From a virus (lineage: Duplodnaviria > Caudoviricetes), in IMG/VR virus record IMGVR_UViG_3300045120_000279, positions 1-59,289 of that record: a stretch of 59,289 bases of DNA. One strand, 5' to 3'. A program made the translations under genes and the position numbers. Below are positions 36,180 to 44,680 of the stretch, in pieces. Position 1 is the stretch's first letter. Each line of letters opens with the position of its first letter. The notes beneath the pieces were generated by a model. That model ran no database searches. It was not told where the DNA came from and saw only the letters and a list, made by a program, of their open reading frames with translations.

Positions 36180-36201
36180 CTACCTCGGAATTCCGAGGTA
36201 G
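36180..36201. repeat. 22-bp palindrome, exact copy, intergenic
   Basis: TCCTACCTCGGAATTCCGAGGTAGGA. Confidence 0.97.
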
Positions 36202-36203
36202 GA

Positions 36204-36450
36204 AATTGAGGGCCAGCCAGCACAACAAGCGGGAGACGAAACCCGGCGCCGGAGCAAGCGGCAGCAAAGCCGGCTGACCCAAAGGAGTTGCCTCCCCGCA
36301 CACGGTTCACGGTGTGGACGGGGAGGGCTTTTGTGAACCCGAAAGAGAAGGCCCGTGTCAAAATGCTTAGCAGGCTTTTTTTGACAGCTTTCCAGGGAAG
36401 GTAGCTGTCGGACACGGGCCAAATTGAATACTGGCTGCTAAGCATCACGG
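36204..36450. ncRNA. Candidate structured RNA with two tandem pseudoknots
   Basis: Crossing complementary segments 36291-36303/36312-36326 with 36304-36310/36333-36339, and 36350-36359/36411-36420 with 36363-36373/36435-36445. Confidence 0.5.
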
Positions 36451-36492
36451 GAGTGTTTTCTCACTGACCAGACGTTTGGTCAACAACTATTT

Positions 36493-37242
36493 TCACGGGC
36501 ACGAATCTTTCCTGCCAATCGACGACAAGCCGTCGGTGGCATTCGAGCTGCCCAGCCGCTGTAATGACGAGGTTTTCCCCGCATTGCCACGGTTCATAAG
36601 TGGGGACGAATTTTCTTTGGTCCCCACGACTTCCAGGACACCAACGGCTCCAGCCGAGCCCACCACCATCAGCGGGTCGGACGACTCGGACAGCCCCACG
36701 GTCGGCCGGGGGTTGCACACCACCACGAACGGCGGGACTGGCGGCGGAGGTTGGGCCCCACCTGTAATCGTCGGGGTTCCGAACGACTCCTGGCTGGCGA
36801 TCCCCGAAGGCCCAATGATCTGGGTTGTAACCAGGACTGGTGTGCCGAACGCCTCCTCGCTCGGAATTCCGGTCACCTGGATCACCACCGCCCCGCTGCT
36901 GATGTTCGGGGTGCCAAACGCCTCCGCTGAGGGGATGCCCGTCGGGGAAACTGTAACCGTGCCCCGGATGATCGTCGGGGTGCCAAACGCCTCGGCCGAC
37001 GGAATCCCCGTCACGACCAGGGTGACCGCACCCTTGACTATCGTCGGTGTCCCAAACGCCTCCGCACTGGCAATTCCCGTGGGTGAAATCGTGACCGCGC
37101 CCGCTACGATGGTCGGAGTTCCGAACGCCTCGGCCGAGGCAATTCCAGAGGGAGCGATGGTCTGCGCTGTGCTGTTCGGATCGTGCAGGATTACGTCGTT
37201 CGGATTTGACGCTCCGGGCCACAGGATGACGTTGAGGGCCAT
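36493..37242 (-). CDS. Virion structural protein with six ~19-aa repeats
   Basis: (I/V).PxGI(A/P)SxE(A/S)FGTPxI repeated six times. Confidence 0.75.
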   Translation of the reverse strand: MALNVILWPGASNPNDVILHDPNSTAQTIAPSGIASAEAFGTPTIVAGAVTISPTGIASAEAFGTPTIVKGAVTLVVTGIPSAEAFGTPTIIRGTVTVSPTGIPSAEAFGTPNISSGAVVIQVTGIPSEEAFGTPVLVTTQIIGPSGIASQESFGTPTITGGAQPPPPVPPFVVVCNPRPTVGLSESSDPLMVVGSAGAVGVLEVVGTKENSSPLMNRGNAGKTSSLQRLGSSNATDGLSSIGRKDSCP

Positions 37243-37245
37243 GAT

Positions 37246-37614
37246 TCATGCGGAGGCTGACAGACCGTTGATGGTGGTGCCGACCGGAGTGCCCGTGCTG
37301 TCCACGGCCCGGATGAAAAACGGATATGCGCCCGGGGCCACGAAGCTGAACAAGCCGGCCGCATCGCTGGTGGTGCGCGCGATCCACTGGTTGGTCACGC
37401 TGTTGAACAGGTCCACCGTGCAAAACGGGATGAACACCAGCGACGAGTTGACCGTCGTGCCTGACACGTTCCCATTGGGCCGGCCCAGCTCCACCGCATG
37501 GATGGGACGCGAGGAGTTCTCAGTGCCGCCATCGGAGTTGCGCTGGGGCGCGGCATACCGCCGACCCGGCACTGCCAGAATCCCCACCCCGAAGCTTTGC
37601 TGCTGCGTCGGCAT
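37246..37614 (-). CDS. Small beta-sandwich structural protein
   Basis: VSGTT...CTVDLF...ARTTSDAAGLFSF pattern (prealbumin/SdrD-like). Confidence 0.6.
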   Translation of the reverse strand: MPTQQQSFGVGILAVPGRRYAAPQRNSDGGTENSSRPIHAVELGRPNGNVSGTTVNSSLVFIPFCTVDLFNSVTNQWIARTTSDAAGLFSFVAPGAYPFFIRAVDSTGTPVGTTINGLSASA

Positions 37615-37617
37615 GGT

Positions 37618-38184
37618 CTAGTTCAGCGCGGAAACCAGATAGGTATGAACGGTCAGCGAGCCAGTGTTCACGGTCTGGGTGAAGAACACGTCCAGCGCCG
37701 CCGCCACTGTGTTATCACAGCCGGCCCCGACTGCCGGGGTGCCGGTCGGCACATACAGCGAGCCGTTGCCGCCCACGGTTGGCAGGGGTGATCCGACCAC
37801 CGCCTCGGACTGGAAGATGGACTGGCAGGGGAAGAACGTCGTCGCCGTGCCGCTGCCCACCGCCCGGCAGACCAGGATCAAGTCCAATGACCACGGCACT
37901 GTGGTTTTGGCCACAATGTTCAGATTCTGGGCCAGCGTATCAAACACGATGGTAGTGCCCGCGCTGCCCATGCAGACATCGAAGCGGAAGGTTCCTGGCG
38001 TGGTCACCACACAGCTGATGCGCCCGGACAGCTGGAATCGGATGGCGCGTCCGATGTAAAAATAGTTGTTCGGCAGCACGATTCGGTTGGCGGTCGGGAT
38101 GCACGACGCGCGCGCGGCGGCCGTCAACGTCGGGCCGTCCGAGGAGGCGCACGTCAGGACTTCATACCAGGTTTGTTGACTCAT
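37618..38184 (-). CDS. Putative virion protein, paralog 1 of 3
   Basis: ASCIP..LPNNYFYIGRAIRF..SGRISCVVTTPGT. Confidence 0.75.
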   Translation of the reverse strand: MSQQTWYEVLTCASSDGPTLTAAARASCIPTANRIVLPNNYFYIGRAIRFQLSGRISCVVTTPGTFRFDVCMGSAGTTIVFDTLAQNLNIVAKTTVPWSLDLILVCRAVGSGTATTFFPCQSIFQSEAVVGSPLPTVGGNGSLYVPTGTPAVGAGCDNTVAAALDVFFTQTVNTGSLTVHTYLVSALN

Positions 38185-38196
38185 AATTTTGTTTGG

Positions 38197-38760
38197 TTAA
38201 TTCAGACTTTCGAGAACATACATGTGGCACGTCAATGAGCCAGTGCCAACTGTTTGGGTGAACCACAGGTCCATCTGATTGGCAGCGGTGTTGTCACAGC
38301 CCGTGCCCACCACGGGGGTTCCGACCGGAGCCAGCAGACTGCCGTTGCCGCCGACCGTGGTGAGTGGAGCGCCCACGATGGCCTCGGACTGGAGGGTGGC
38401 CACTCCCATGAAATTGGTCGAGGTGCCGGAGCCAGCCGCGCGGCAGGTGATGATGGCCTGAAGCAGCCACGGCACGTTGGTCTTGGCGACGATATTCAGG
38501 TTGAGCGCACCCGTGTCGAAAATGCTGATGGCGGCCGTGGGCCCGCTGCGAATCTGAAACTTGGCTGTGCCCGGTGTGGTGACCGCGCAGCTGATGCGGC
38601 CCATGGCGGTGATCCGGAAGGTGCGACCCACGGTGAAATAATAGCTGGGCAGCGTGATCACATTGACCGGCGGGATGCAGGAGGCAGCGGTTCCGGTGGT
38701 GTTGGCGGTGCCGTCCACAATCGAGGCCGTCAGGCATTCAGTCCAGGTTTGCAGGCTCAT
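38197..38760 (-). CDS. Putative virion protein, paralog 2 of 3
   Basis: ASCIP..LPSYYFTVGRTFRI..MGRISCAVTTPGT; clearly homologous to 37618-38184. Confidence 0.75.
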   Translation of the reverse strand: MSLQTWTECLTASIVDGTANTTGTAASCIPPVNVITLPSYYFTVGRTFRITAMGRISCAVTTPGTAKFQIRSGPTAAISIFDTGALNLNIVAKTNVPWLLQAIITCRAAGSGTSTNFMGVATLQSEAIVGAPLTTVGGNGSLLAPVGTPVVGTGCDNTAANQMDLWFTQTVGTGSLTCHMYVLESLN

Positions 38761-38761
38761 A

Positions 38762-39328
38762 TCAGTTCAAGGCTTCCACGATCATCATGGTGGTCTTCAT
38801 GTAGGTCTGTCCACCGCTGGTTGCCCAATACCACAGCGCCTGGCTGGCCTCGGCGATATTGAACCCCGAACCCACTGCTGGTGCGGTAGCCGGACGGAGC
38901 TGCTGGATGGTGCCGCCCGCTGTGGGGTCCACCGACCCTATGGTGGTCTGGGAGATGAAATTCCCAATGGCCATCAGGGTTGTGGCGGTGCCAATTCCCA
39001 CCGCGCGGACTGTGAAAATGCCAGTGAACAGGAACGGCGACTGGGGCACTACGCTGGCCAGGAGTGTAATGTTTCCGGTCATGTAGACGTTGACCGTGCC
39101 AGCGGTCCCGAAATCCAGGAAGAACTGATGGGTTTGAGCCACCCCATTGGGGCTGGCCATCATGCCGGCTATGGTGATGCGGATGGTCCGGCCCAGCGTG
39201 AAGAAGTGCGTCGGGAACACATACTTGGTGTTCGCCTCATTAAAAATGAGCTGGGTCGTGTTATCGAAAGTCAGACCGTCGGCGATCTGGGGGACGGAGC
39301 TAAGCTCGTTGTAGGCGATGCGGCTCAC
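38762..39328 (-). CDS. Putative virion protein, paralog 3 of 3 (diverged)
   Basis: FPTHFFTLGRTIRITIAG, TVRAVGIGTATT, PAVGSG, ends EALN; GTG at 39328 overlaps the upstream stop and gives 188 aa. Confidence 0.7.
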   Translation of the reverse strand: MSRIAYNELSSVPQIADGLTFDNTTQLIFNEANTKYVFPTHFFTLGRTIRITIAGMMASPNGVAQTHQFFLDFGTAGTVNVYMTGNITLLASVVPQSPFLFTGIFTVRAVGIGTATTLMAIGNFISQTTIGSVDPTAGGTIQQLRPATAPAVGSGFNIAEASQALWYWATSGGQTYMKTTMMIVEALN

Positions 39329-39744
39329 TAGAGCTTGAAAATTTTGTTCGCGCCAGCATCCCACTGAACGGTGATGTCGCCGCCGTTGGGGGTGACGGGC
39401 AGGTTGGTCGCTACATTGATGGCGAAGATCAGCGGGGACGTTCCAGCCACGCCGGTGTCCTTGTAGCCGATGACGTAGTCGCAGGCCGCACCCGCCGCCA
39501 CCGCCGTGAAGGTCACGTCATCCGCGTCAGCTACGCCGGCCGCCACGGTCTTGGTGGTCAGGTTCGCGCTGGTCGCCACCAGGGTGCCACCACCTCCAGT
39601 GACGTTCGATAGGAACTGATCGGTGACCAGGTTGGGCACGTAGCCACGCACTAGGACCACCTTGATGTTGTCGGTGTCCCAGTCGATGGAGGGGTTCTGG
39701 GAAAGGAAAGACTGACGGGCGAGATCGTAGAGGGCATTTGCCAT
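39328..39744 (-). CDS. Minor tail / fibre-associated protein
   Basis: MANALY...IDWDTDNIKVVLV...DADDVTF...LPVTPNGGDITVQWD..ANKIFKL, a widespread phage tail-protein pattern. Confidence 0.75.
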   Translation of the reverse strand: MANALYDLARQSFLSQNPSIDWDTDNIKVVLVRGYVPNLVTDQFLSNVTGGGGTLVATSANLTTKTVAAGVADADDVTFTAVAAGAACDYVIGYKDTGVAGTSPLIFAINVATNLPVTPNGGDITVQWDAGANKIFKL

Positions 39745-39787
39745 AGCCCTACGTTTAATCCCACGGCGTGGCAGTTACAACACGAAA

Positions 39788-40189
39788 CTACACTGCCACC
39801 TTGGGTGGCATGGGGATCACGCCGTCCATCGGCCGCCACAGGTGCAGCACGTTGTCGTGGATGTTCACGTAGTCGGAATCGGGCGGGTGCAGCTGCATGA
39901 CGCACTCGGTCTTCTCCCAGAACAGCTCCTTCACCGCGCACATCTCCTGCCAGGTGGGAATGCGCTCGGCCAGCTTGCCGTGGTATTTCTTGATGCCAAT
40001 GCGCACGCTCACGTGCTCCCACTCCATCTCGCCAGGGTAGGATTCGTTGGCCAGCACAATGGCGTAGGTCTGGTCCTCCCTGGACAGGGGGATTACGAAG
40101 AAGCCGGTCATGCGCGCGTCGTCCTCGGTCTTGTAGACTGGATGCGTGCGGTTGCGGAATTCCTTCAGGTGGTCAGCGTTGGTTCTCAT
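39788..40189 (-). CDS. Conserved phage protein (WEHVSV...PTWxEMC type)
   Basis: WEHVSV, PTWQEMCAVKELFW, QLHPP..DYVNIH..VLHLWRP. Confidence 0.75.
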   Translation of the reverse strand: MRTNADHLKEFRNRTHPVYKTEDDARMTGFFVIPLSREDQTYAIVLANESYPGEMEWEHVSVRIGIKKYHGKLAERIPTWQEMCAVKELFWEKTECVMQLHPPDSDYVNIHDNVLHLWRPMDGVIPMPPKVAV

Positions 40190-40437
40190 GTTATGCGGTG
40201 ACGGCGGGCGAACAGGGCGGCGGCCACGTAGGTCTGCACGCCAATGGTCTTTTTCAATTTGGCCCAGTGGTATTCCACGGTTTTGTGACTGATGCCCAGG
40301 TGGGCGCCAATTTCCTTGATGGTCATGTCGCTGGCGATGCCGACCAGCACCTGACGATGGCGCTTATTCAGATCAGACGATTTCCACCTCCGGAAGGGGG
40401 AAGATGAATTGGGCCTGGGTGTCTCTTTCACGTTCAA
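40186..40437 (-). CDS. LuxR/GerE-type HTH regulator (start uncertain)
   Basis: LNKRHRQVL..IASDMTIKEIGAHLGISHKTVEYH. Confidence 0.8.
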   Translation of the reverse strand: MNVKETPRPNSSSPFRRWKSSDLNKRHRQVLVGIASDMTIKEIGAHLGISHKTVEYHWAKLKKTIGVQTYVAAALFARRHRIT

Positions 40438-41614
40438 GGAATTCCTTTCTAAAGTGCCACGGGAGCACCAGGTAGTAGTCGGGTTTGCGCGCGCGAGACT
40501 CTTCCTCGCTGACGATCTGGATGTTTGTGCCCAGCGTCATGGCCTGGGTCTTCATGGGGTTGCGGTCGGCCGCGCAGTCGATCAGCCGGCTGTCGATGCC
40601 GCAGAACTGGAGCAGCGTGTTGCCCTTGGTGGACGCGCCATAGAGGTGGATGGACTTGCCCAGCTTCTTGATCGAGCGTAGCAGCGTCATCAGCTTGTCA
40701 CGGTGGTTCTCGATTCGGCTCTGGAATGAGGCGTAGGGCTTGTCGGTGTCCAGCTCCAGGTCGAATTCATACTCCCGCAGGAACTTCAACTGGGCGGTCC
40801 ACTCGGGTGGGGACTTGAGTGCCATGGCGGCGTGCTTCACGAAGCAGCGGATGCTGCCACCATTGCTGGTGTTCAGCTCGGCCCGGAAAATCTCCAGCCC
40901 GGCCAGCTTCATGATCTTCTCCAGGACCGTCAGCGAGTAATACTCGATGTGTTCGTGGCAGATGGTGTCGTAGGAGTTGTTGGCCAGCATGGTCGGCATG
41001 TAGGCCATCTCCACGATCCAGACGCCTGGGATTTGCAGGTGGCGCTTGATCGCCCGGCAGAAGGCCACCGGGTCCTCCAGGTCGTAGAACATGGCGATGG
41101 AGGTGATGATGCTGAATTTCTGGTCTTCCAGCTGGATGGACGGGAAGAGGTCATTGATCACCTTGATGTCCCCGGTGTTGGATTTCTGGGGCACGTTCGA
41201 GGGGTCGATGCCCACCCGGTGGTAGAGCATGGGGGAAAAGAAATTGAGCAGCGTCAGGTCGTTGCAGCCGATGTCCAAAACCGACGTGGCTGCCGCGCCC
41301 GTGAAAAACTCACCAGCCTCCTCGGCAATCCCCTTGAGGTGATCGCGCATCGTCTGGTTCGTGCCCGAGACATACCAGTAGTTGGAGTAGAGGATGGACG
41401 GTGGCACCGTGTGCTTCATCTGGAGGAGGCCGCACGCATTCTCGTCCCGGCTGGGATCGCAGCGCACAATCTGGCAGGGGATGCGCCGGTTGGGTGGCAT
41501 CTCCATGCCCAGTTTCACGAAGGAGCCTTGGAGATGTTGCAGGCCCAGGTCGATGACGGGCGTGAGGGCTTTGGAGCCGCAGACGCGGCAGGTTTGGCGG
41601 TGGGTCAGGTGCAT
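40373..41614 (-). CDS. NDP-hexose C-methyltransferase (TylCIII/NovU-like)
   Basis: CRVCGS Zn site, VLDIGCND, SIAMFYDLEDP, YDTICHEH, YGASTKGNTLLQ, PDYYLVLPWHF. Confidence 0.9.
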   Translation of the reverse strand: MHLTHRQTCRVCGSKALTPVIDLGLQHLQGSFVKLGMEMPPNRRIPCQIVRCDPSRDENACGLLQMKHTVPPSILYSNYWYVSGTNQTMRDHLKGIAEEAGEFFTGAAATSVLDIGCNDLTLLNFFSPMLYHRVGIDPSNVPQKSNTGDIKVINDLFPSIQLEDQKFSIITSIAMFYDLEDPVAFCRAIKRHLQIPGVWIVEMAYMPTMLANNSYDTICHEHIEYYSLTVLEKIMKLAGLEIFRAELNTSNGGSIRCFVKHAAMALKSPPEWTAQLKFLREYEFDLELDTDKPYASFQSRIENHRDKLMTLLRSIKKLGKSIHLYGASTKGNTLLQFCGIDSRLIDCAADRNPMKTQAMTLGTNIQIVSEEESRARKPDYYLVLPWHFRKEFLERERDTQAQFIFPLPEVEIV

Positions 41615-41629
41615 ATTGGTTAAAATTCC

Positions 41630-41651
41630 CTACCTCGGAATTCCGAGGTAG
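41630..41651. repeat. 22-bp palindrome, exact copy, intergenic, 16 bp upstream of the C-methyltransferase start
   Basis: CCCTACCTCGGAATTCCGAGGTAGGG. Confidence 0.97.
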
Positions 41652-41663
41652 GGTTTTGGGCGG

Positions 41664-41750
41664 TCAACAACCGCCGCATTTGGATTTGCTTCCGGAGCCT
41701 TTGACCATCTTTTTGTTGGCTCCCTTTTTGTTCTTGGGCACTTTAATCAC
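41664..41750 (-). CDS. 28-aa Lys-rich peptide ending CGGC
   Basis: GTG preceded by AGAAAGGGT; MIKVPKNKKGANKKMVKGSGSKSKCGGC*. Confidence 0.4.
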   Translation of the reverse strand: MIKVPKNKKGANKKMVKGSGSKSKCGGC

Positions 41751-41758
41751 CACCCTTT

Positions 41759-42073
41759 CTAGGATGGTTCCACTCTTGGCAGAACCATCAAAATCTGGTC
41801 GGCCGTGATGATCATGTCACCGTTCGGGAGGTTGACGTCCTCCACGCCCTTGGTGTAGCTGTGACACCACACGCGGTCACCGTATTGAGCTTCAATGGGG
41901 ATGACAATGCCCTTCTTGTTTCGCTTGCCTGGGCCGGTCACCATGACCCAGTAGAGCTTCGCGCCGCCCACGTTGTTGTCGTCCTTGAGGGACTGCGGCA
42001 GTTCGATCAGGCCGATCTGTTCACGAGGTATGGGCCGCACGATCAGGCGGTCACCGAGGAGTCGGATGTTCAA
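41759..42073 (-). CDS. groES: Co-chaperonin GroES/Cpn10-like
   Basis: IRLLGDRLIVRP..GLIELP...VTGPGK..KG...I....GDRV...IL. Confidence 0.85.
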   Translation of the reverse strand: MNIRLLGDRLIVRPIPREQIGLIELPQSLKDDNNVGGAKLYWVMVTGPGKRNKKGIVIPIEAQYGDRVWCHSYTKGVEDVNLPNGDMIITADQILMVLPRVEPS

Positions 42074-42426
42074 AATTGTTTTCCTTCTTCGAGGACGCGG
42101 GCCTCATGAGTGTGGTCTTCTCGTTTTGCGTTGTAGGCCATCTTGGCATCGAAGACTTCCTGAACGTCCCACTCACCATGAAAGCCGGCGAGGTAATCCA
42201 GGATGCGGATAAGGCAGTCCACCTGCTCAACCACCGCCATGGGATACTGCGGCAGTTTGTCGTCCATCAGATTTTTACGTTCCCCTTCCATGCACTCGCT
42301 CAACTCGGAGTGTTCCAGGGCGATCAGTTCACCCTTGTTGCGCTGTATTGGCTGTTTGGTGTGCGGGTCCTGCCACCACTTTATCATGGCTGAGTGGACC
42401 TGTTTGGATAATTCGGTGAGGTTCAT
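42070..42426 (-). CDS. MazG-like nucleotide pyrophosphohydrolase
   Basis: IALEHSELSECMEGERK...VEQVDCLIRILD...KMAYNAKR. Confidence 0.8.
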   Translation of the reverse strand: MNLTELSKQVHSAMIKWWQDPHTKQPIQRNKGELIALEHSELSECMEGERKNLMDDKLPQYPMAVVEQVDCLIRILDYLAGFHGEWDVQEVFDAKMAYNAKREDHTHEARVLEEGKQF

Positions 42427-42596
42427 TCTTTGGTCCAATAGGTTTGGGTGGAGTTGGGCAGCGCCTTTTGGACATAGCCCTTCTCATACGGTATGGAGTT
42501 GTAGCGGTAGATCAAGGTGGCCACCACAACCAGCAGCGCGCAGGCGCACGCCACCTGGATGGTGAAGGCAGTCTGGTGATCGAGTTCGATTTTCAT
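42423..42596 (-). CDS. Small membrane protein
   Basis: One hydrophobic helix VACACALLVVVATLIY. Confidence 0.55.
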   Translation of the reverse strand: MKIELDHQTAFTIQVACACALLVVVATLIYRYNSIPYEKGYVQKALPNSTQTYWTKE

Positions 42597-42784
42597 ACGG
42601 TTTGGGGTTGGTAGGTTTTGAGAAACTGGATGCACTTGAGCGCGTCGGCGTCGGCAATGTCCACCAGGAACACGCAGTGGTTGGAGATCAGCCCAGCGTC
42701 GTCAAAGAGGTTGATGGCGCCTTTGACCGACAGGTTCTTGGTGTTCACGATTGCGTCGTGCAAGCGCCACAGGGTAGGGGTCAT
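42593..42784 (-). CDS. Hypothetical protein
   Basis: Coupled ORF. Confidence 0.55.
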   Translation of the reverse strand: MTPTLWRLHDAIVNTKNLSVKGAINLFDDAGLISNHCVFLVDIADADALKCIQFLKTYQPQTV

Positions 42785-42803
42785 TTCGGTTTGGTGCGTT
42801 CGG

Positions 42804-43034
42804 TCACAGCAGCGCCTTCTCGTAACGCTTCACCAGGTCGGGCGTCCAGTTGCGGATGCCTCGTTCGAGGTGGTGGATGTGCGTGATGGTGTAGGACATG
42901 GCGCGGGCGATCTGGGCGAGCGTCTTGTCGGCGGCGAGTCGTCGCTTACGCAGGGCGGCCCCGACTTCATAGTTGTCCAACTCTTTGCCGGAGCCGTCGC
43001 AGCAGTGGCACTTCCGCTTCTTCAAATCAGCCAT
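42804..43034 (-). CDS. XRE-family HTH regulator with N-terminal CxCCxG
   Basis: LRKRRLAADKTLAQIARAMSYTITHIHHLERG; sits at the divergence point of the two transcription arms. Confidence 0.8.
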   Translation of the reverse strand: MADLKKRKCHCCDGSGKELDNYEVGAALRKRRLAADKTLAQIARAMSYTITHIHHLERGIRNWTPDLVKRYEKALL

Positions 43035-43110
43035 GCCTCCATTTACCCACTTGAGCTAAACGGCGCAATAACTATTTGCAAAAACTTTCACGGGTGCTAC
43101 AAAGGGGCCC

Positions 43111-43833
43111 ATGGGATACCGATTAAAGAGCCGTCAGACTCAAATTCCGAACGGCTATAAATTCATTCAGCCGGAAACAGGCTGGCAGGCCCCGCGCTTC
43201 GCCAGCTTTGCCGTAATCGTCCAGAACCTCATAGCGCACCGCAAGTCTCGTCCGGACCTGGTCGCCCAGCACGGGTGGGCCATCGACATCGACAACGTGG
43301 GCAATGAGCTGGAGCAGTTCAACGTCCGCCTCTGCCTGCAACATGGCTGGACGGATTACCTCGACGGTCTCATGGGAGGCGAGGGTGCCATCCCAAAATC
43401 GAAGCCCCCCAGCCAGTCGGAAATCGCGCAGGTAAGTGCTGCGGGGGCCAAGGCGGTTAAAATCTGGTCGGGCGTGCGCACCCTCAACGACTGGATCGAC
43501 TCAGGCGAACCACCCGTCCCGCAGGACCAGTCCACCGCGCGAGCCCTGAAGTGCTCCACCTGCAAGAGCAACACCAAGGGCGACTTCACGAGCTGGTTCA
43601 CCAAGCCGGCGGCCGGCGCCATCAAGCGGCAGATCGAGCAGTTGCAGGAGCGGAAGCTCTCCACGCCGCACGACCTGCTGATCAACGTCTGCGAGGTCTG
43701 CCTGTGCCCGCTCAAGCTCAAGGTCCACACGCCCCTGCCGTTCATCAAGACGCACATGAGCGAGACGGTGCTGCGCGACTTGCAGGCGGTGCCGACCGGC
43801 TGCTGGGTGGTTGACGAGCTGGCGGCCAAATGA
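43111..43833 (+). CDS. Hypothetical Cys-motif protein, first gene of the late arm
   Basis: RALKCSTC...CEVCLCPLKLKVH...CWV. Confidence 0.7.
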   Translation: MGYRLKSRQTQIPNGYKFIQPETGWQAPRFASFAVIVQNLIAHRKSRPDLVAQHGWAIDIDNVGNELEQFNVRLCLQHGWTDYLDGLMGGEGAIPKSKPPSQSEIAQVSAAGAKAVKIWSGVRTLNDWIDSGEPPVPQDQSTARALKCSTCKSNTKGDFTSWFTKPAAGAIKRQIEQLQERKLSTPHDLLINVCEVCLCPLKLKVHTPLPFIKTHMSETVLRDLQAVPTGCWVVDELAAK

Positions 43834-44471
43834 AGGTCGCTGTAATTTACGTTTACCCGGACCTGAAGGCTGACGTTTACCCGGGGCTGGCCCGGCGTTT
43901 CGTGGACAGCTACATGCAGTTCCCGCCTGGTGAGGTGGACCATGAGCTGCATGTCGTGGTGAACCTGGGGGTGCCGCACCTGGTGCCGAATTACCAGCGG
44001 GTGTTCAATCCACTGCGCCCGGCGTTCATGATGCACGACAACCGGGGGCAGGACATCGGTGCGTTTCAGCGGGCGTCGGAGAAGATTCCCGCCGACCTCA
44101 TGGTGTTCCTGGGCTCGCCCATCCACTTCCGGCAGGCTGGCTGGCTGGACCGCATTGTCCGGGTCTACGAGGAGAACGGCCCCGCGCTCTACGGGCCGTG
44201 GGCCTTTCACCAGCCACGCGCGCACATCCGCACCACGGCCTTCTGGTGTCCGCCGCAGCTGCTCAACTCCTACCCTTACCTGGTGACCAACGGCAGTCGC
44301 TACGAGTTCGAGCACGGGCAGAACAACATTCTGGCCCACGTCGCCAGCATGGGACTTTACAATTACATGGTCACTTGGGATGGTTGCTTCGCAATCGACC
44401 AGTGGCATCATGTTGAGAACGACAAGTGTCTGATGCTCGACCAATTCTGTGACCGGATAGGCTACAAATGA
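43830..44471 (+). CDS. Glycosyltransferase-like (GT-A)
   Basis: DNRGQDIGAFQ, MVFLGS, HIRTTAF, RYEFEHG. Confidence 0.65.
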   Translation: MKVAVIYVYPDLKADVYPGLARRFVDSYMQFPPGEVDHELHVVVNLGVPHLVPNYQRVFNPLRPAFMMHDNRGQDIGAFQRASEKIPADLMVFLGSPIHFRQAGWLDRIVRVYEENGPALYGPWAFHQPRAHIRTTAFWCPPQLLNSYPYLVTNGSRYEFEHGQNNILAHVASMGLYNYMVTWDGCFAIDQWHHVENDKCLMLDQFCDRIGYK

Positions 44472-44680
44472 AGATCATTTCGCATATAGTTCCCGATGAC
44501 GAGACCTACGCCACGGTCCAGTTCAAGGGCGGGGAGAACGACGGTGCTGTCTTTCAGATGGTTCAGGTGCTTTTTGAGAACGGCGAGTTCGGCCACGCCT
44601 ACATCTGCAACTGCAAGGAGGGCTACTTCCGAAACGTGTTTGTGCCTTGGGATTCCAAGTTACCGATAGTCCCCAAATGA
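44468..44680 (+). CDS. Hypothetical protein
   Basis: ATGA-coupled on both sides. Confidence 0.5.
   Translation: MKIISHIVPDDETYATVQFKGGENDGAVFQMVQVLFENGEFGHAYICNCKEGYFRNVFVPWDSKLPIVPK

Noticed and set aside
36204-36450. tmRNA or HDV-like ribozyme
   Set aside because: No tRNA-like acceptor/T arm or tag ORF is seen, and helix lengths and loops do not fit the HDV consensus; kept only as an unclassified structure
36860-36871. Partial palindrome CTCGGAATTCCG, plus similar short matches near 3029, 44766, 50036 and 57362
   Set aside because: Short matches are explainable by codons (GIPS repeat, terminase GNP motif); not counted as sites without a PWM test
37618-38760. Paralog pair as the template/variable repeat of a diversity-generating retroelement
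   Set aside because: No reverse transcriptase is present, and the differences are spread over all bases rather than adenine-specific
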